Assembly (NCBI RefSeq): GCF_009834535.1
Contig: NC_045696.1
Location: forward strand, 29,886,001 to 29,950,000
Direction of reading: 5' to 3'
From: Camelus ferus
Taxonomy: Eukaryota
Length of the DNA stretch: 64,000 nt
Shown here: in pieces, positions 1 through 13,043 of the stretch
Position numbering within the stretch: the first letter of the stretch is position 1
Layout: every line of letters starts with the position of its first letter
The notes under the pieces: generated by a model
Database searches by the model: none
Told to the model about the DNA's origin: nothing
The model's input: only the letters and a program-made list of their open reading frames with translations
Made by a program: the position numbers and the translations under genes

Positions 1-1939
1 AGACTGGTCATTGGAAAGATAAAATAATGACTTAAAGTAACCACAATTCTGCAGATCCTATTACAACGTATTTACCCTTGTGTCTCATTCTTTTTCTTAA
101 AAAGCCACGTTATTCACGAGTCCTAGATTAAGGTACTGATTTGGCTGAGAGGAGCACTGTAGTGAGATTCAAGGCAAAGGTTTAAGAAATTTCAGTTAGC
201 TTAAGACAGTGCAAATGATTATATTTGCAAGCAGGACAGGGTATGTTGTTATGTAAATGTTATAAATTTAAGAAAATTGAGCATTCACAGGAATCAAAGT
301 GGGGTGGAGGAGGAATGGAGGTTATTGTAATGCTATCATGCTACACACTGGAAGAGATTGAACCGTTTCAGTTCAATATGGCAATTATAATGATTAATAA
401 AAATCATAAATGGTTGTGCAATACCATTCTTATACGGATGTGTGACGTAATAATGACTGATAGAACAATATTCCTGAGCCATCTGAAGGGGGTGAAAATT
501 GGGATTTGCACTTGCAGGAGGATATGAAGGATATGAAGGTTCTGTGAAAAATGAGGGAGGATAACAATGGGATTTCATTAGTTTAGATTAATCATTATGA
601 TCATTAATATTTCCTTTGGGCATTGCATTTTTCTGGGTGCCAAGAGGATCGACACAACACCAGGATTATAAATGACAGCAATTATTTTCAATAAAATTGT
701 CATATGACAAAGTTATATTCCATTTATCAACTCTTTCTTGACTAAAAAACCAAATATGTATGTGTACAGATGTGAAATGTAATCAATGAAAATACTTGGA
801 TGAACATGAGCAGACGTGCTGGTGAAGTGAATACCATTAGGGTATGAAACTGAGTTTAAAGAGTCAGTGCAGGTTTCCAGAAAGAGATAAAAATTGTTTC
901 CAAATATGATAGGACAGGGGCTACTTTAAGAATGTGGCACATTTTGAGAAAATTCTTAAAATACTCAACAGAGAAAATTGGATGAGAAATTCATATAAGA
1001 ACTGAGTTGTTCTATGGAGGGTAGGAGAATTTGACAGAGGATTTGAAAATCTGGCTGGGAATTCTGATGTCAAAATTCAGAAAATTGAAAGCTTTTCAGA
1101 GATTTGAGGAAAAGGAACACAAGCATGCTTACACAAGATAAAGCTGCCCATCAGAATGCTCTGAATATGAGGGAACAAAATAGAAAAGTAATTAAGAATT
1201 TAAAAACATTGATATAGATTTCTTGTACAAAATCACTTCTTCTATAATTGGAAGAGTCTCAGTCCTGGATAACTAAAGAGATTTTAACACTAATTAGATT
1301 GTTGCAGTGACAAGATCTTATTTTTTTTTTCACACAAACATACTTTTTTCCTCCATCGAGTACAAAAATATTTTCCTTTCACTTTATCACAGTAGCTCAT
1401 TTTGATTATGCTCAGACCTCAGTGTATCACCTATACCTACCCAGCTCATCTGAGTAATTAAAAGAAAAATGATGCATGATGCATTTATAGGTAAGTGAAA
1501 TGAGTACAAATCTCACATTAACAGCTGGATTCTTATACTTGGCAACATGGCACAGTTTGAGAAAAGCAATCATCTTCCTTTCCTGTTGGCAAAACACTTC
1601 ACTGGTCTCTCCAATTTGAGTCCCTCTTCAGGATTTCGTGTCTGCTCACTTTGCAATGCACAGAACGCTCCTTCCAGATGGACAGCCTTGTCAGATGCTA
1701 TTTTTATGCTGCACTTTAGAATTTTAAAGTGGGAGAAGTTATTCACCAAACATGAAATGTATCACTTATTGTATACATTGAAGCAGCTTTTCAAATCAGC
1801 ATGCTCAACCAGCTGCTGATGAGCTTAATACCCCCAGATGAATGAAAGCATGTGTAAGCCAGGCAGCGTACCTTTAAAAGTTCTTATCTTGTGTGGCGCT
1901 GATAGGGACTGAGGAAAACTCATAAGAAGAGAAGGCAAG

Positions 1940-2480
1940 ATTCCTGTCCTTGAGGGGTTTCCAATCTTGCATGGAGAATTGAAACCATTTATAGTTAACA
2001 AGAATTTGCAGGCAGAATGTATTGTGGCAAATGTAAAATGCATATTTAGGTGCAGAGGAAACAGTTATCAAAATTGGAGAACCATACAGCAGAAGGCCTC
2101 CAGAAGCACAAGAGTTTTAACTGAATCTTGAAGGACAGTGTGTATCTAAATTTCAATAGGAAAACCTTTATTGGTAGTATAAAAATAGGTTAACAGGAAA
2201 AATGTGAATGCTATCTAGAGCAGCTACATAATTGATGTGGTTGGAGCGTAAGACAATATGTAAACAGCTGAGATATGGTATTAGAGAAATGCATCAAGGA
2301 TTAGGTGTTTGGATTTGGTATAGAAAGACAATAGGGAGACACTGGTAATGATAGAAGGTGTCAAAGTGGCATTTAAAGAAGACTAGCTTGGGAATCCTTT
2401 TAGAAATATGGTCAGGAATACCAATTGATCAGCTGAGTAATTCAAGTATTAAAGGCGCCAGAGTCTGGTCTACAGAAGTA
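1940..2480 (-). mobile_element. L2 LINE fragment (highly diverged)
   Basis: Purine-rich antisense L2-like segments such as 'cctgtccttgaggggtttccaatct', 'actgaatcttgaaggacag' and 'tttggatttggtatagaaagacaatagggagac'. Boundaries approximate. Confidence 0.55.
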
Positions 2481-2807
2481 GCTAGGAAGTGGGAACTTCT
2501 CCAATAAATCTTAATTGTCTGTATAAGTTTTTTTTTTGATAAGTTCAGTATTTCAGTGGCTTGTCAGGGCAGTGCCTTATGAAGTCAAGTCAGTAAGAGA
2601 CATTGCTACCTCTTTAAACAGGGCTGTGCAGTGTAGAAATGCTTGTTGAATTATGTGGGGTTAGAGAAAATGTCAACTTTTGGGAAGCATATCAATTAAA
2701 ATAAAAAGAAATACTTTCTTTATTCCTTTCTATGTACCATGCACTTTGAGTCACAATCAACACTGGTATCAACATATAAATCAGATTATTGCCCACACTG
2801 TGGACTT

Positions 2808-2817
2808 TTATTATTTA

Positions 2818-2855
<38 letters not shown>
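2808..2855. repeat. (ATT)n microsatellite
   Basis: Directly visible ttattattatt... tract; it produces the poly-Ile run in ORF 2680..2871. Confidence 0.95.
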
Positions 2856-3124
2856 GAGTCCTTTGAACTGAATTTGAGAGATAACTCATCTTTCAGCTAA
2901 AAACAGTGCTTGGTGGTTCTCCTCTGCTCACTATCAATACTGGGTTGGCTGTAGAGGTGGTTCTGTGAGCCTGGGGTGGGTGGTGAATGGGAATGAGGGC
3001 TCTATCATTTCTGAAAGCTCTACCAGAGTTAGTTTGGAATCCTGAATTTCACCTTAAATCTTTCCTCATGAATATCATGGACATTGGAGTTTTGGGGGTG
3101 GTGGAGGGCGTTTCTTCACTTATT

Positions 3125-3678
3125 TGTGTGGAAATAAATACAGATCAAACAAATGAGAAAAGCAAAGGCTATTTATTTGGAAAATAACAACAGAGTCAGC
3201 TACCATCACTTGTGTTTGGCAGACACTCAAAGGCAGGCAGAGGACTGGGAAAGCTTTACAGTGAAAAAAAGGGCAGGCTCCAGGTATGCCCTGATTGGAG
3301 GTTGTTGGGTTGGGGAGGCTGTAGACAGGCTAACTAGAAGCAGGGCATCCTGTGTGATCGGTTAGGGCTTCAGACATGGCTTTCTTTAGTTAGTCCTAAG
3401 TCGGAAGAGGGGAATGAAAAATAGAGAACCTGTCAGTTATTAATCAAATCCTGGCTATATTGGGCTGACTGTTAGAGAAATTATTATTTAGTTTCCTTGA
3501 TTATCACTAGATAGCAATCTGGCTTCCTGCAAGCCTGACTTACAGCAGGTTGACATCCTGGGCTGTTTGTTAAAGATAGGGGTGCTGGTTTCTTGGGCAT
3601 GTTGCTGCAGATTGCTGGGTTAGAGTTCTATTTTTATATATGGTCTGGCCATGGTCTATTTGTATATTCAATATCTCA
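3125..3678 (-). mobile_element. ERV1-class solo LTR (MER89-like, family tentative)
   Basis: About 550 bp bounded by TG...CA. AATAAA lies on the minus strand near the low-coordinate end ('ggctatttattt'). The body resembles recalled eutherian LTR consensus ('ctaactagaagcagggcatcctgtgtgat', 'agagttctatttttatatatggtctggcc'). Confidence 0.7.
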
Positions 3679-4538
3679 ATTGTTATTGGAATTTTCCTCC
3701 TAGAGACATGTCCTGTCACACATAATGTTTGTTGTGCCCTTTCCCTTGGTACAGCTGCACATGTGTGTAGTGAAATGTGCACAGATAGCTAGTAAGCCTT
3801 CTCCTAATGTTTGTACTAAAATCTTGCCAGTTTATATTGTTTAGTAAAAGTGCCCGTGTTTTTTTTTCTTTCAATTGTTAATTTAAAAAATACTTTGGCT
3901 TTTATATAAATATCAAGAAAACAAGTTGCCATTCTCTATGGAAGTCTTAATAAGTTTTGATAACAAACCCACTTTCTTTTCAAAATATACTACTCTGCTT
4001 CATCACGTCTCTTAATTGCAGACTCGATTTTAATAGTTAGTACCTGTCCTAGCCTCTTAGCAGCCTGACTGCCTCACTCTCTGTGGCTCTGCGCATTTCT
4101 GCTTTGCCCTCTGTCTCTAAAGCCTTTCCTTCCTCATTTCTACCTATTTCCTAGCACCAGTATTGTTATAATCATCTTATTTTCTGAACCAAAGAGCAGA
4201 AAGTAATTGCTACTAAGTTTGGCTGTACTTGTGCAGACAGTGAAATAAGATATTTGAAATCAGGACTGCTTTGGAAAACACAGGCTATGTTGTCTATCAT
4301 TTTTTTGATGCTTTGGGTTGCAAGTAACAGAGGACAATATGCAAAATTGCTTAAGCAATTTGTTATCCCAGGTTAGAAATCTCAAGGCATAATTTTAGGC
4401 TTGCTCAACTCAGGGGATCAACGTATACTCCATGACTTAGGTTTGTGCTGCCTCTCCTTCTGTGTCCATCATTCTCAATGTCTTGACACTTTTCCTCAGC
4501 CTACTTCCCCCATGAATATAAGTTTGCTACAGCAACCC

Positions 4539-5003
4539 TATATTAATGGAGCTGCCATAACAAAGCTTCTGAGCATCTAAGCAAACTGAGTGGCTTAAAC
4601 ATACAAATTTATTGTCTCAGTTCTGGAAGTTAGAAGTCTGAAGTCAAGGTCTTGGCAAGGTTGGTTCCCTCTGAGAGATATGAGGGAGAATCTGTTCCAA
4701 GCTCCTCTTCTGGCTTCCAGTGATTTGCTGGTTATCTTTGGCATTCCTTGGCTGATAGATGCATCACTTCAATCTCTGCCTTTATTGCTGCATGGCATTC
4801 TCCCTGTGTTTCTGTCTTTACGTACTATCTTCTTATAAGAACAACAGTCATATTGGATTAGGGGCTCACCCTACCCCAGTATGACCTTCTCTTAATGAAT
4901 TATATCTGCAATGATCCTATCTCCATGCAAGGTTATATTCTGAGATATGGGAGTTAAGACTTCAACATATCTTTTTGGGGGGAACACAATTCAATCCATA
5001 ACA
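4539..5003 (-). mobile_element. MLT1C-like MaLR solo LTR
   Basis: Diagnostic segments 'gagggagaatctgttcca', 'cagtcatattggattagggg', 'cagtatgacct' and 'acacaattcaatccataaca'. Imperfect 5-bp TSD AACCC/AAGCC. Confidence 0.9.
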
Positions 5004-5218
5004 AAGCCCTTGTGACATATCCTGATTCAACAATGTTCAAAGGCTCAAAGAACAGATGCTTATTTCTTATTTTCTTTCTGAAGAGTATACTTTTCCATGT
5101 GCTCTGGTGTCACAACGAATAGACTTCCCCAAGCATCTCATTGACAAGAAAAGTATCACCTGCCTTTGTTTAAACCAATCACAGTAAGGGAAATGGAATT
5201 ACTATGATTAGCTTAGAC

Positions 5219-5442
5219 TAGGGATTGGCAAACTTTCATTGTGAAGTTGTGAAGAATCAGGTAGGAGACATTTTAGGCTTTGTGGGACATGTAGTTTCTA
5301 TTGCAACTACTCATTGTGGCCCCAGGGCATTCATAGATAGTAATGAATGGGTGTGGCTGTGTCCCAATGAAACTTTTTAACTTTTTTACAAAAATAAATA
5401 GTGTCAGGAATTAACCAAAGGACCATAGTTTGCCAACCCCTG
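5219..5442. mobile_element. MER58A-like hAT-Charlie MITE
   Basis: 224 bp with TIRs 'tagggattggcaaact' and 'agtttgccaacccctg'. Degenerate 8-bp TSD GCTTAGAC/ACTCAGAC. Confidence 0.9.
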
Positions 5443-5674
5443 ACTCAGACTAATATAAATACACTATCTGGAGCTGGTGACTGACCCAGCTTTCTAGCCA
5501 ATTTAAACTTGAACCATTTACCTTTTTTTATTAACAAAGGAAAAAGTTTGATATTTGCTGGATGGCAACATGTGATCAATGTAAGCATAGCACTCAGCCT
5601 CTCTAATCTTGAGTCCCTTATGGTACAGCTTGTCATAACTACTCACTTGGAAATGCTACTTTACAAGACAGGTT

Positions 5675-5870
5675 TTGAAGATAAGAGCATAGCATGGGAA
5701 ACAGGACACCTGTGTTTAAATCCTTGCTTTGCAACTAGCCAGTTGGATGACCTTAACAAATTACTACATTTCTGTGCCTCATATTATCATCAGTAAAATG
5801 ATGATGATGATAATAGTGCACACTTTATATCTAATAGACCATAGGGTTGTGGTGTGGCTTAAATAAACTA
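5675..5870 (+). mobile_element. MIR SINE
   Basis: MIR core 'tttaaatcct...gatgaccttaacaaattact...tctgtgcctca...catcagtaaaatg...ataatagt'. Confidence 0.75.
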
Positions 5871-6786
5871 GGAATGATCACTCATTTACCTGAGCCATTG
5901 TCAGTTGTTGTATGTTGAGTATGTGACCTATTTCCACATTGTGGAGGAAATGGAATTTGAGGTAAAAACTTTATGCAAACTAACTTTTCCCAAGAGTCGT
6001 CTCTGTTAGACTATTGTTCTTGAACATTCCTTTCAGGACTAATGAATTAATTTATACAGTTACCTATATGAATGGGTAATAGATACAAGGATGAGCTTCA
6101 GTACAAGAAGTGATAAGTCTGCCAAGTTTAATTAATGATACTCATGGTCTCAGCTGGAGAAAAATGGACCACATCACAGTAGATTCAGCCTATGGATCTG
6201 GACTCTATCGGCCTCTGCAAACAATATAGATCACTCCAGGATGGAAGGAGCAGTAATGATCCATATTGGTGATGACATGAGGAACCCATGAGGTTTGTGT
6301 CTGTGCTGCTCTAGTTGGTTTTTATTACTTGCACGTAGGTGAGGTTTAACTGATGCTTACGTCTTACTTGCTACTTGCCCCATGCTTACTGGGTTTACAG
6401 TGCTATTGGTCACGCAAGGAGAGAGGAGTTCTTAGAATGGCAAACTTGTCTTTTATTTCTGTTCTTTTCTCTAGGACCCATATTAATGATGCCTTTCTAC
6501 AGAACACTAACTTAACGACTACTCATTTCTCTTTTCCAGGATGCCCTTAAAGTCCGCTGGGGATGGTGTTAATGAATAAGACCTCCTAGCCTTCTCATAG
6601 TCCATGTTTGTTTTCACTCTAATCAAAGTCAGAATCAACTTTCCTTGCTGTTGAATTTCAGAATTTCATGAAGGGAAGGAACCTTTGCCAAAATGTGGAT
6701 ACCAATGAATTTGATATAGAAAATGGGTTTATCAAAGTCATATTGCCTTTAATGCAAGATATTTAATGTTCTTTATGCTACAGGAC

Positions 6787-7140
6787 TTTTGTTATGGAAA
6801 ATTTCAGCACATATACAAATTTAAGAGAATAGCATAATGAACTTTCCATGTACCCATCACCTGGATTCCACAATTTTAAAATCTTGTTTCTGTAAAACTT
6901 AGGCTGAATACATTTCCATTCCCACATTTCACATCTAAATCACTATGTGACTGCTAATTATCTTAACCTTCCCTTACTCTCTCAAAGGTGTTCCCATTTG
7001 GGCAATGAGTTATGCAGCCATCTTATCTATATACCTTACTAACTGCCTTTTGCAACCCCGTGCCACTGGGTTATTTTGAAGCAAATCCCAGACCTCCTAT
7101 CATGACACCTTTAAATACTTTTGTATGAATATCTTTCTTA
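6787..7140 (-). mobile_element. Ancient L1M (L1ME/L1MC-like) 3' UTR fragments
   Basis: 'ttatggaaaatttt...agagaatagcataatgaac...catgtacccatcacc' and 'ttattttgaagcaaatcccagac'. Confidence 0.55.
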
Positions 7141-10104
7141 ATAAAAATTCTTAGCTTGCCATATGTCCCTTTTCTTCAAAACCATATTAAAAATTCTAAT
7201 CAATAATAAAATATGTGAAAATACAAAATGCTTGATCCATACTAGATAATCTCTTCCTCTTCTTCCTCCTTTATTTTTGTGCTATGTTTTTATGCTCCAG
7301 ATGGACCATTTTGACTAAATTGACTGATCAATGTCAGCCTGCGTGACTCATTATTTGACTTCAGGGACTCCTTAGTTAATGGTTTGGCCAAATTCACCAG
7401 TAGCTTTGGCAGGTGGACTTCATTTGCTAAAGATATGATATATGGGATGTTGCTTAGAGCTATGGTAAGGCAAACATTAGGTCTAATAAATAATCCTTCT
7501 GTATGACTTACTGATTGTGAAATTAAATACAGAGAAAATCCTTCAGCTTTTGATGTTTCAAAATCTTTAGTAATTGTCATTTTTTTTTCTACCACTGTAT
7601 AAAATAAAGATTGAGAAAGCCTGTATGGGTATGAAAAATTATTGAAACATGATAGTTTTATATCAGCTAGTTTCAGGCTTTCATATTATGTGCTACTTTG
7701 CAATTAGGGGAAGAATTTCCTTATGTGTGGCACAGTATTTTGTGTTAGATATTGATTTAAATATGCCAATCACTACCTTTTTCTTAGGTTTTTAGATGAA
7801 GATGACAGCAGTGAAACTGGAACAGAGGAACCAACATGATTAACTCCTAGTTGATAATTACTTTCTTTAAAGCAGGCAGTATCTTTCATCCTCTACCATA
7901 TCATACTGCAAAACTTTCTCTGCTCTTGGAATTTGTTTCCTAAGATTCCAGGTTGAGCCACTGCAAAACTACAACCACTTGGGAATATTCCATTCAACAC
8001 AAACCAATAGAGTCCAAGTAAATTTCCAGCTGAGACATTTTGAGCAAATTGTATGTCAGGTTTTGTGTGTGTTAACAAAAGTCTCAAGACCTTTGACAAG
8101 TTCTGAAGCTTTCAGTTCATTTGAAAAGGACAAAATGAAGACAACCAGTTGTGTCTATATGCATGTATGTGTGTGTGTTGTGATGTACTTATATATTGCT
8201 ATATAGAGAAACTTTGTCTTTAGATTTTTCTATAAACCAGGATACAAATACAAAATTAAAAAGTCATTACTTTCTGATGAATGCATTCAATCAAGAGAAC
8301 AGTGGTCAGTGTTTTTTACATTAAAACCTGGGATTCCTATTCATTTCTCTGTCACTAAAACAACCCATCCAATTCAAGCACAAGCATCATTAGTCTTAGA
8401 ACTGAAGACACTGGGACTGGTACCCAATCTTGATCCATTTCCTGATTAGTTTCTCTTTCTCTATTTCTTTTATTGTTCTTGGTTTCTCTTGAGGTCTCTT
8501 TGCCATTGGGGTATAACAGCTATAAGAGTCTGTGTTGGAAGTTACAACGCAATTCACTTTGCTTGGCCCTGTGTTTATGACATGATTGGTTATCTGTGAG
8601 CAGGTGGGGAATTGGAAAAACATTCCATCTGACTCTGAATGTGGCATAGTCTGATTACAGCACAGACAATGAGGCAGATTTCTTTGCTTCTGATCCTAGG
8701 AACATCCTATTGCTCTTGTTCTGACACCAGGAATAGTTCTGTCTTTTTAACCTTTTCCAAAGATCAGATTATTCTGAGTTCTGGGCCTTGACGATAACTC
8801 TAGTGTGTTATCAGTTGTCAAGGCATGATCTCCACAACCGTAATACATCCTGACAATCACTGTACTGAATGACTCTATGCGCTAACCTCTAAGAAATGCC
8901 CTATCCTTGCCAAATATTGCAGAAATTTGCAAGTACATATGCAACTAATGAAAAGAGGTTAAGCCCAAAGCTTTTAGCCTAATTGTGCATGCAGTCAAGG
9001 TAGAAGAGTCAGAATCCTGCATCTTCCTACTGCAGTGACTTGTATTTTCTTACACTTAAGCCTCAAACCTTTCTAGGCTGGCATGCATAAATAAAAAGAT
9101 AAGGGAATTGAGCTTGTGTCCTGAAAATGGAACTCTAAATACTTAGAAAAGAACCTTCTTTAAGAGTGGGCAGAAGTCTGTTCGTCTTCCAAAGCCTAAA
9201 GAATGAGGCAAAGGTCTACTAGCTATAAAAAGATGGAGATAAGAACTGCTGGAAAAAGCTTAAATAGTACTTTTTTTTTCTCATTTACATCCTCTTTATG
9301 GTTCTGATTTGCCTCGAAGGAACCATTTCAGAAAGCAAATGAAGAAATGTACCTGGGAATTCATAATATGCTGAAAGTATTACAGAATGAAGATATTTTG
9401 AAAGTGAGGAAAAATCTTTGTAGATGCCACTTTGTATTTTAATGGTCACCCTGCCTTAACTGATATTCTATAGATGAACCTAATGTAAATTTTGGAAGGG
9501 GTTTTTAAAAATATCTGAACATTTGTTTTGGCAATGTCAGAGTGTCTTTTGGACTGGAAATACCTTTTTAGTTTCAGAGGATCAGACAGAGTTTTATATG
9601 CAAAATGACTTTCTGGAGAAACAAGCATTTCATTAGGCAGCTGCCTGGGAATGTTAAGAGATGCTAATTGCTTGGCAGACTTATAAGAGCAGGGAGCACA
9701 GAGGGACACTCTTGTTACCCCAATTCATGAAAAGCAGAAAGTGACACCAAACTGAATTTAAGAAATGTATCTGTTGTGACACAACTTCCTTGTAGCCTTA
9801 AACAAAGTATATATATTTTTAATACATGTATTTTTAATAAGTCATCAGATAAAATTCAAGACCAAGTAAAAATTAATTCTTCAAGTTATGAAGAATCTCA
9901 AACACAGTAATTGTGCTTGAAGAACTAGCTGTCCCTCCCAAGAATCTATGATTCTTACAATGAAAAAATCCTGAAATGTTATTTATCAAATACTAAACAA
10001 ATAATATCACACTTAGAGGTTAAGTTAGTTAATGGCCACTTTGAGTCCTAAGAAACAAATGAAATAAGTATCCACCTGCATAGGTATGGCTAGAGAACTG
10101 TGCC

Positions 10105-10197
10105 AAAAAAAAAAAAAAAAAAAAAAAAAAACAACCAAAAAAACAAACCCAAAGAACAAACAAACAAACCCCCCCCCAAAAAAACAAAAAAACCCAA
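10105..10197. repeat. Poly(A) / A-C-rich low-complexity tract
   Basis: A27 run (10105-10131) followed by (CAAA)n-like units and a C run. Confidence 0.95.
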
Positions 10198-10425
10198 CTT
10201 CATTTATTGAGTATTTCCACCTTAAACAACCCTGTCTTTAGTGAAGACATTGCACCCCCATTGCTGAAGAAAGAAAACTTAGCTTCCAAATAAAAGTCTT
10301 CTAAGTATTAAGTAAATAAGCTTTTGATTTTTCAGGAGTGTTATGAATAATTTCAAGAGTTACTTAGGTCTTAAAATGAAACATGGAGTCTTCAATGCTT
10401 ATTTATGTCTTATAATGAAGCCAAA

Positions 10426-10661
10426 GCACATTTATTGAGTGCTTACTTGGCATCAGGCACTACTGTAGCATATACTAACTTAATCCTTACAATAATCATG
10501 TCAGGTAGGTACTATTATTATCATTATATTCATTTTACCAAGAGGAAAATAGGCACTTAGAATTGAGGTAACTTGCCCAGAGCCATACAATCAAGAGGTG
10601 GGAGAGCAAGAATTGAACCTTGGTTAGTCTGGGTTCAGCACCTCCATCATCAGCACTATAC
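10426..10661 (-). mobile_element. MIR SINE
   Basis: 'catttattgagtgcttact...taatccttacaataa...cattttaccaagaggaaaataggc...aggtaacttgcccagag...gaattgaacc'. Confidence 0.85.
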
Positions 10662-10847
10662 CAGTGGTTTTCAAACTTCAGTTTGGATCAGAAACACTGG
10701 ATGCTTGTTAAAGCACAGATTGCTGGGCCCAGTCTCCAGATTCTTGATCCAGTAGGTATGGGGTAAAGCCAAGAGAATTTGCATTTTAACAAGTTCCCAG
10801 GTAATGCTGATCCTACTGGTCAGGGGTCTACACCTTGAGAAGCTGTG
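10662..10847. mobile_element. MER5A hAT-Charlie MITE
   Basis: 'cagtggttttcaaactt...cttgttaaagcacagattgctgggccc...gaatttgcattttaacaagttcccaggtaatgctgat...ttgagaa'. Confidence 0.9.
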
Positions 10848-10879
10848 TGTAGTGCGCTAGTAATATTTAATTTACTTAG

Positions 10880-11033
10880 AATCATAAGCCCTTCCAATGG
10901 AGTAGACTGTTGTTTCTCTGACGGCAGAGAGAGTGTGTTGTGCTTCATTTTTCAGTTTTCCACAGCTGGTGTTTGTAAGTAGCAAGTAAGTACTTAATAC
11001 ATGTTTGTTCAAAGTATGAATGAATGAATGAAT
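10880..11033 (+). mobile_element. L2 3' end
   Basis: Ends in 'agtaagtacttaatacatgtttgtt...tgaatgaatgaatgaat', the typical L2 tail. Confidence 0.7.
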
Positions 11034-11407
11034 CTCTAGAATTCCTTTTTAACATGTGAAAGACCCTAGAAGTGATCTTTAATAAGTCATCATCTTACAG
11101 ATAATTTACTATGAATTCATTTATTAGGAATTAACAAATTAACCATCTAAAAAGCCCTGGAGAGATTTATGGCAGGATTTCCTGATGCAAATTATGCGAG
11201 ATAGCTGGGAACAAGCTAAGGGCAATGTTTGAGTACAGTCCTGGGTGTAATACTGCGTTGTAGGACCAGGGAATGGAGACGTGAGTCTTGAGTGGGTGAG
11301 GAGACCCAAAGCAGGGAAGGGAGACTGAGAAAAGATAAGGTTGTTCCTTTGCTCAGAAACAAACCTGCTGGGAAAAATATGATGATTATGGACCCCTTGG
11401 AAAAGAC

Positions 11408-11640
11408 AGTAGAATATGGTAGAAATAGCCAAGGCTTTAAAGAGGCAGGCAGATGTGGGTTCAAAATACTGGTTCTAATACTTACTAGCTGTAGGCCACT
11501 GAGTAAAAATATAATTTGACCTTTACTTTCTTATCAATAAAATCACTTGACTCATGAGATCAATATGAAGATAAAACAACTTGACATATATAAATCATAC
11601 ACCAGCAGTGACTGGTGCTCACCAAAAGTTAGTTTTCCTT
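11408..11640 (+). mobile_element. MIR SINE
   Basis: 'ggctttaaagaggcaggcagatgtgggttcaaaatactggttct...cttactagctgt' head, with a degenerate core and tail. Confidence 0.7.
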
Positions 11641-12547
11641 TTCTAACACTTCTGATACATACTACAAATTAAGACATACATTCCACTTTGGTGGGAAGTT
11701 CTTAGTAAAAGAATGAATATGCACATTTCTCTCTCCTTATATATTATATAGAATAGACTTGGACTTGTTGGACTATTTGCTAAATTTCTTTATTTTCGTT
11801 GTGCCTTTTATACAGGTCTAAGCTGAAAGGTCCCAGATTGACTTCTTTAATTATCAGTTTTTTTGTTGTTATCCTTTTGCACCAGGTATCGAGAGAATTT
11901 ATATTGGTTATGTCTGGTTATCAAGATCAATAATACTTAAAATATCAGTGCTGTAACCTTTATCTCTGTAATATATCCTCAGATTATTCTTAGAAAAGGT
12001 TTATCTTCTCTGCTTTTAAAGAGATGCTAAACCACAAACATGTGAAATGGTTAGAAGAAAAATTCGTATGTTGCTAAAATTCAGCTTTTCAACGCTGACT
12101 TCAGTGCTTTCTGTTAACTGTTGCTGCTTCATTGAATTACAAACAATAGAACTGACATTTCCTGTGTGTTTGTATTAACCACACTAAAAGTTTTGTTATT
12201 ATAATACTATAAGAATTTTTTCACATCTTACTAATCACCTACTTATCGTATGTTTTAAGAAGACCATTTGAAGCAATCCCTAATTTAAAACTGTGTTCCT
12301 TTTTTTTAACCATTGAATTTAACACTTCCCCACCCCTTGTCCCTTGGGAGTTAGGTTTTGGCAGGAAGTGAGTGAGATGAAAAGGAGGGGGAGATTTCTA
12401 GATGCTTGTGTAGCTCTTTGATCATTTTTACTCTGTTTGGACTAGTATACGTGTTATAGTAGTTCTTTCGTGATTTTGTTTTTCAAAACAATTTTAAAGC
12501 ACATTTCTAAGATTTAGTGAATTTTAAACAAAAGCATCTTTTGCTTT

Positions 12548-13043
12548 TGAAGGGGAGGAGACTATGCCACCCCAAAATATGCCATTTTGGCATATTGATT
12601 GTTTTGAATTAAAGTTACTTAAGAAACAGCCAGTGCAAGAAGGACACTCTGACCCTCCTATGTCCTCCTGAAGGCAGGAAATAAATCTCCCATGTGAAAG
12701 GTACCCTCCCTGTATGAGGAGGGTAAAAGGCATCCTTATCACCAGAGACAGGGAATTCAGGGCGAGAAGGCTGTATAAACAACCCTTTTACTTCTTCACT
12801 AATTTACTACCCCAAACCCGAACTTCTTTGCAGTGTCAATTCCTCACAAATTTATTGTTTCTTTGTCTAATAGGTATAAAAGCCGCCTGCTTTGGTCACT
12901 TCTTTAAGTCTCATGTTTTTTATGAGCTCCCCGTATGTATGAATTTTTTTTCTTCCTGTTAATCTGTCATATGTCAGTTTAACTACTAAGTCAGCAAAAA
13001 AAATGTAGAAGAAAAGAAGGGAAAACTTTAAATCCCCATTTCA
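12548..13043 (+). mobile_element. MER34-family ERV1 solo LTR
   Basis: Starts 'tgaagggg...tatgccaccccaaaatatgccattttggcata'. Has a TATA-like 'ggtataaaag' and a U5 'ttcctgttaatctgtc'. Confidence 0.85.

Larger units (their letters stand above)
4300..5480 (-). mobile_element. Old MaLR LTR (MLT1J/K/L-like), split by two younger insertions
   Basis: Starts with 'ttgggttgcaagtaacagagg' (antisense MLT1 3' end). It resumes after 5003 ('agacttcccc...tctcattg...taaaccaatcac...aagggaaatggaattactatgatt') and after 5442. Confidence 0.7.

Noticed and set aside
519..539. Small tandem duplications (GGATATGAA x2; similar ones at about 21358, 53669 and 56246)
   Set aside because: Ordinary slippage duplications with no further structure.
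7770..7845. Possible terminal exon after 'tttttcttag' encoding FLDEDDSSETGTEEPT*
   Set aside because: Short, unrecognised peptide with no upstream partner exon. Acceptor-like sites are common in AT-rich DNA.
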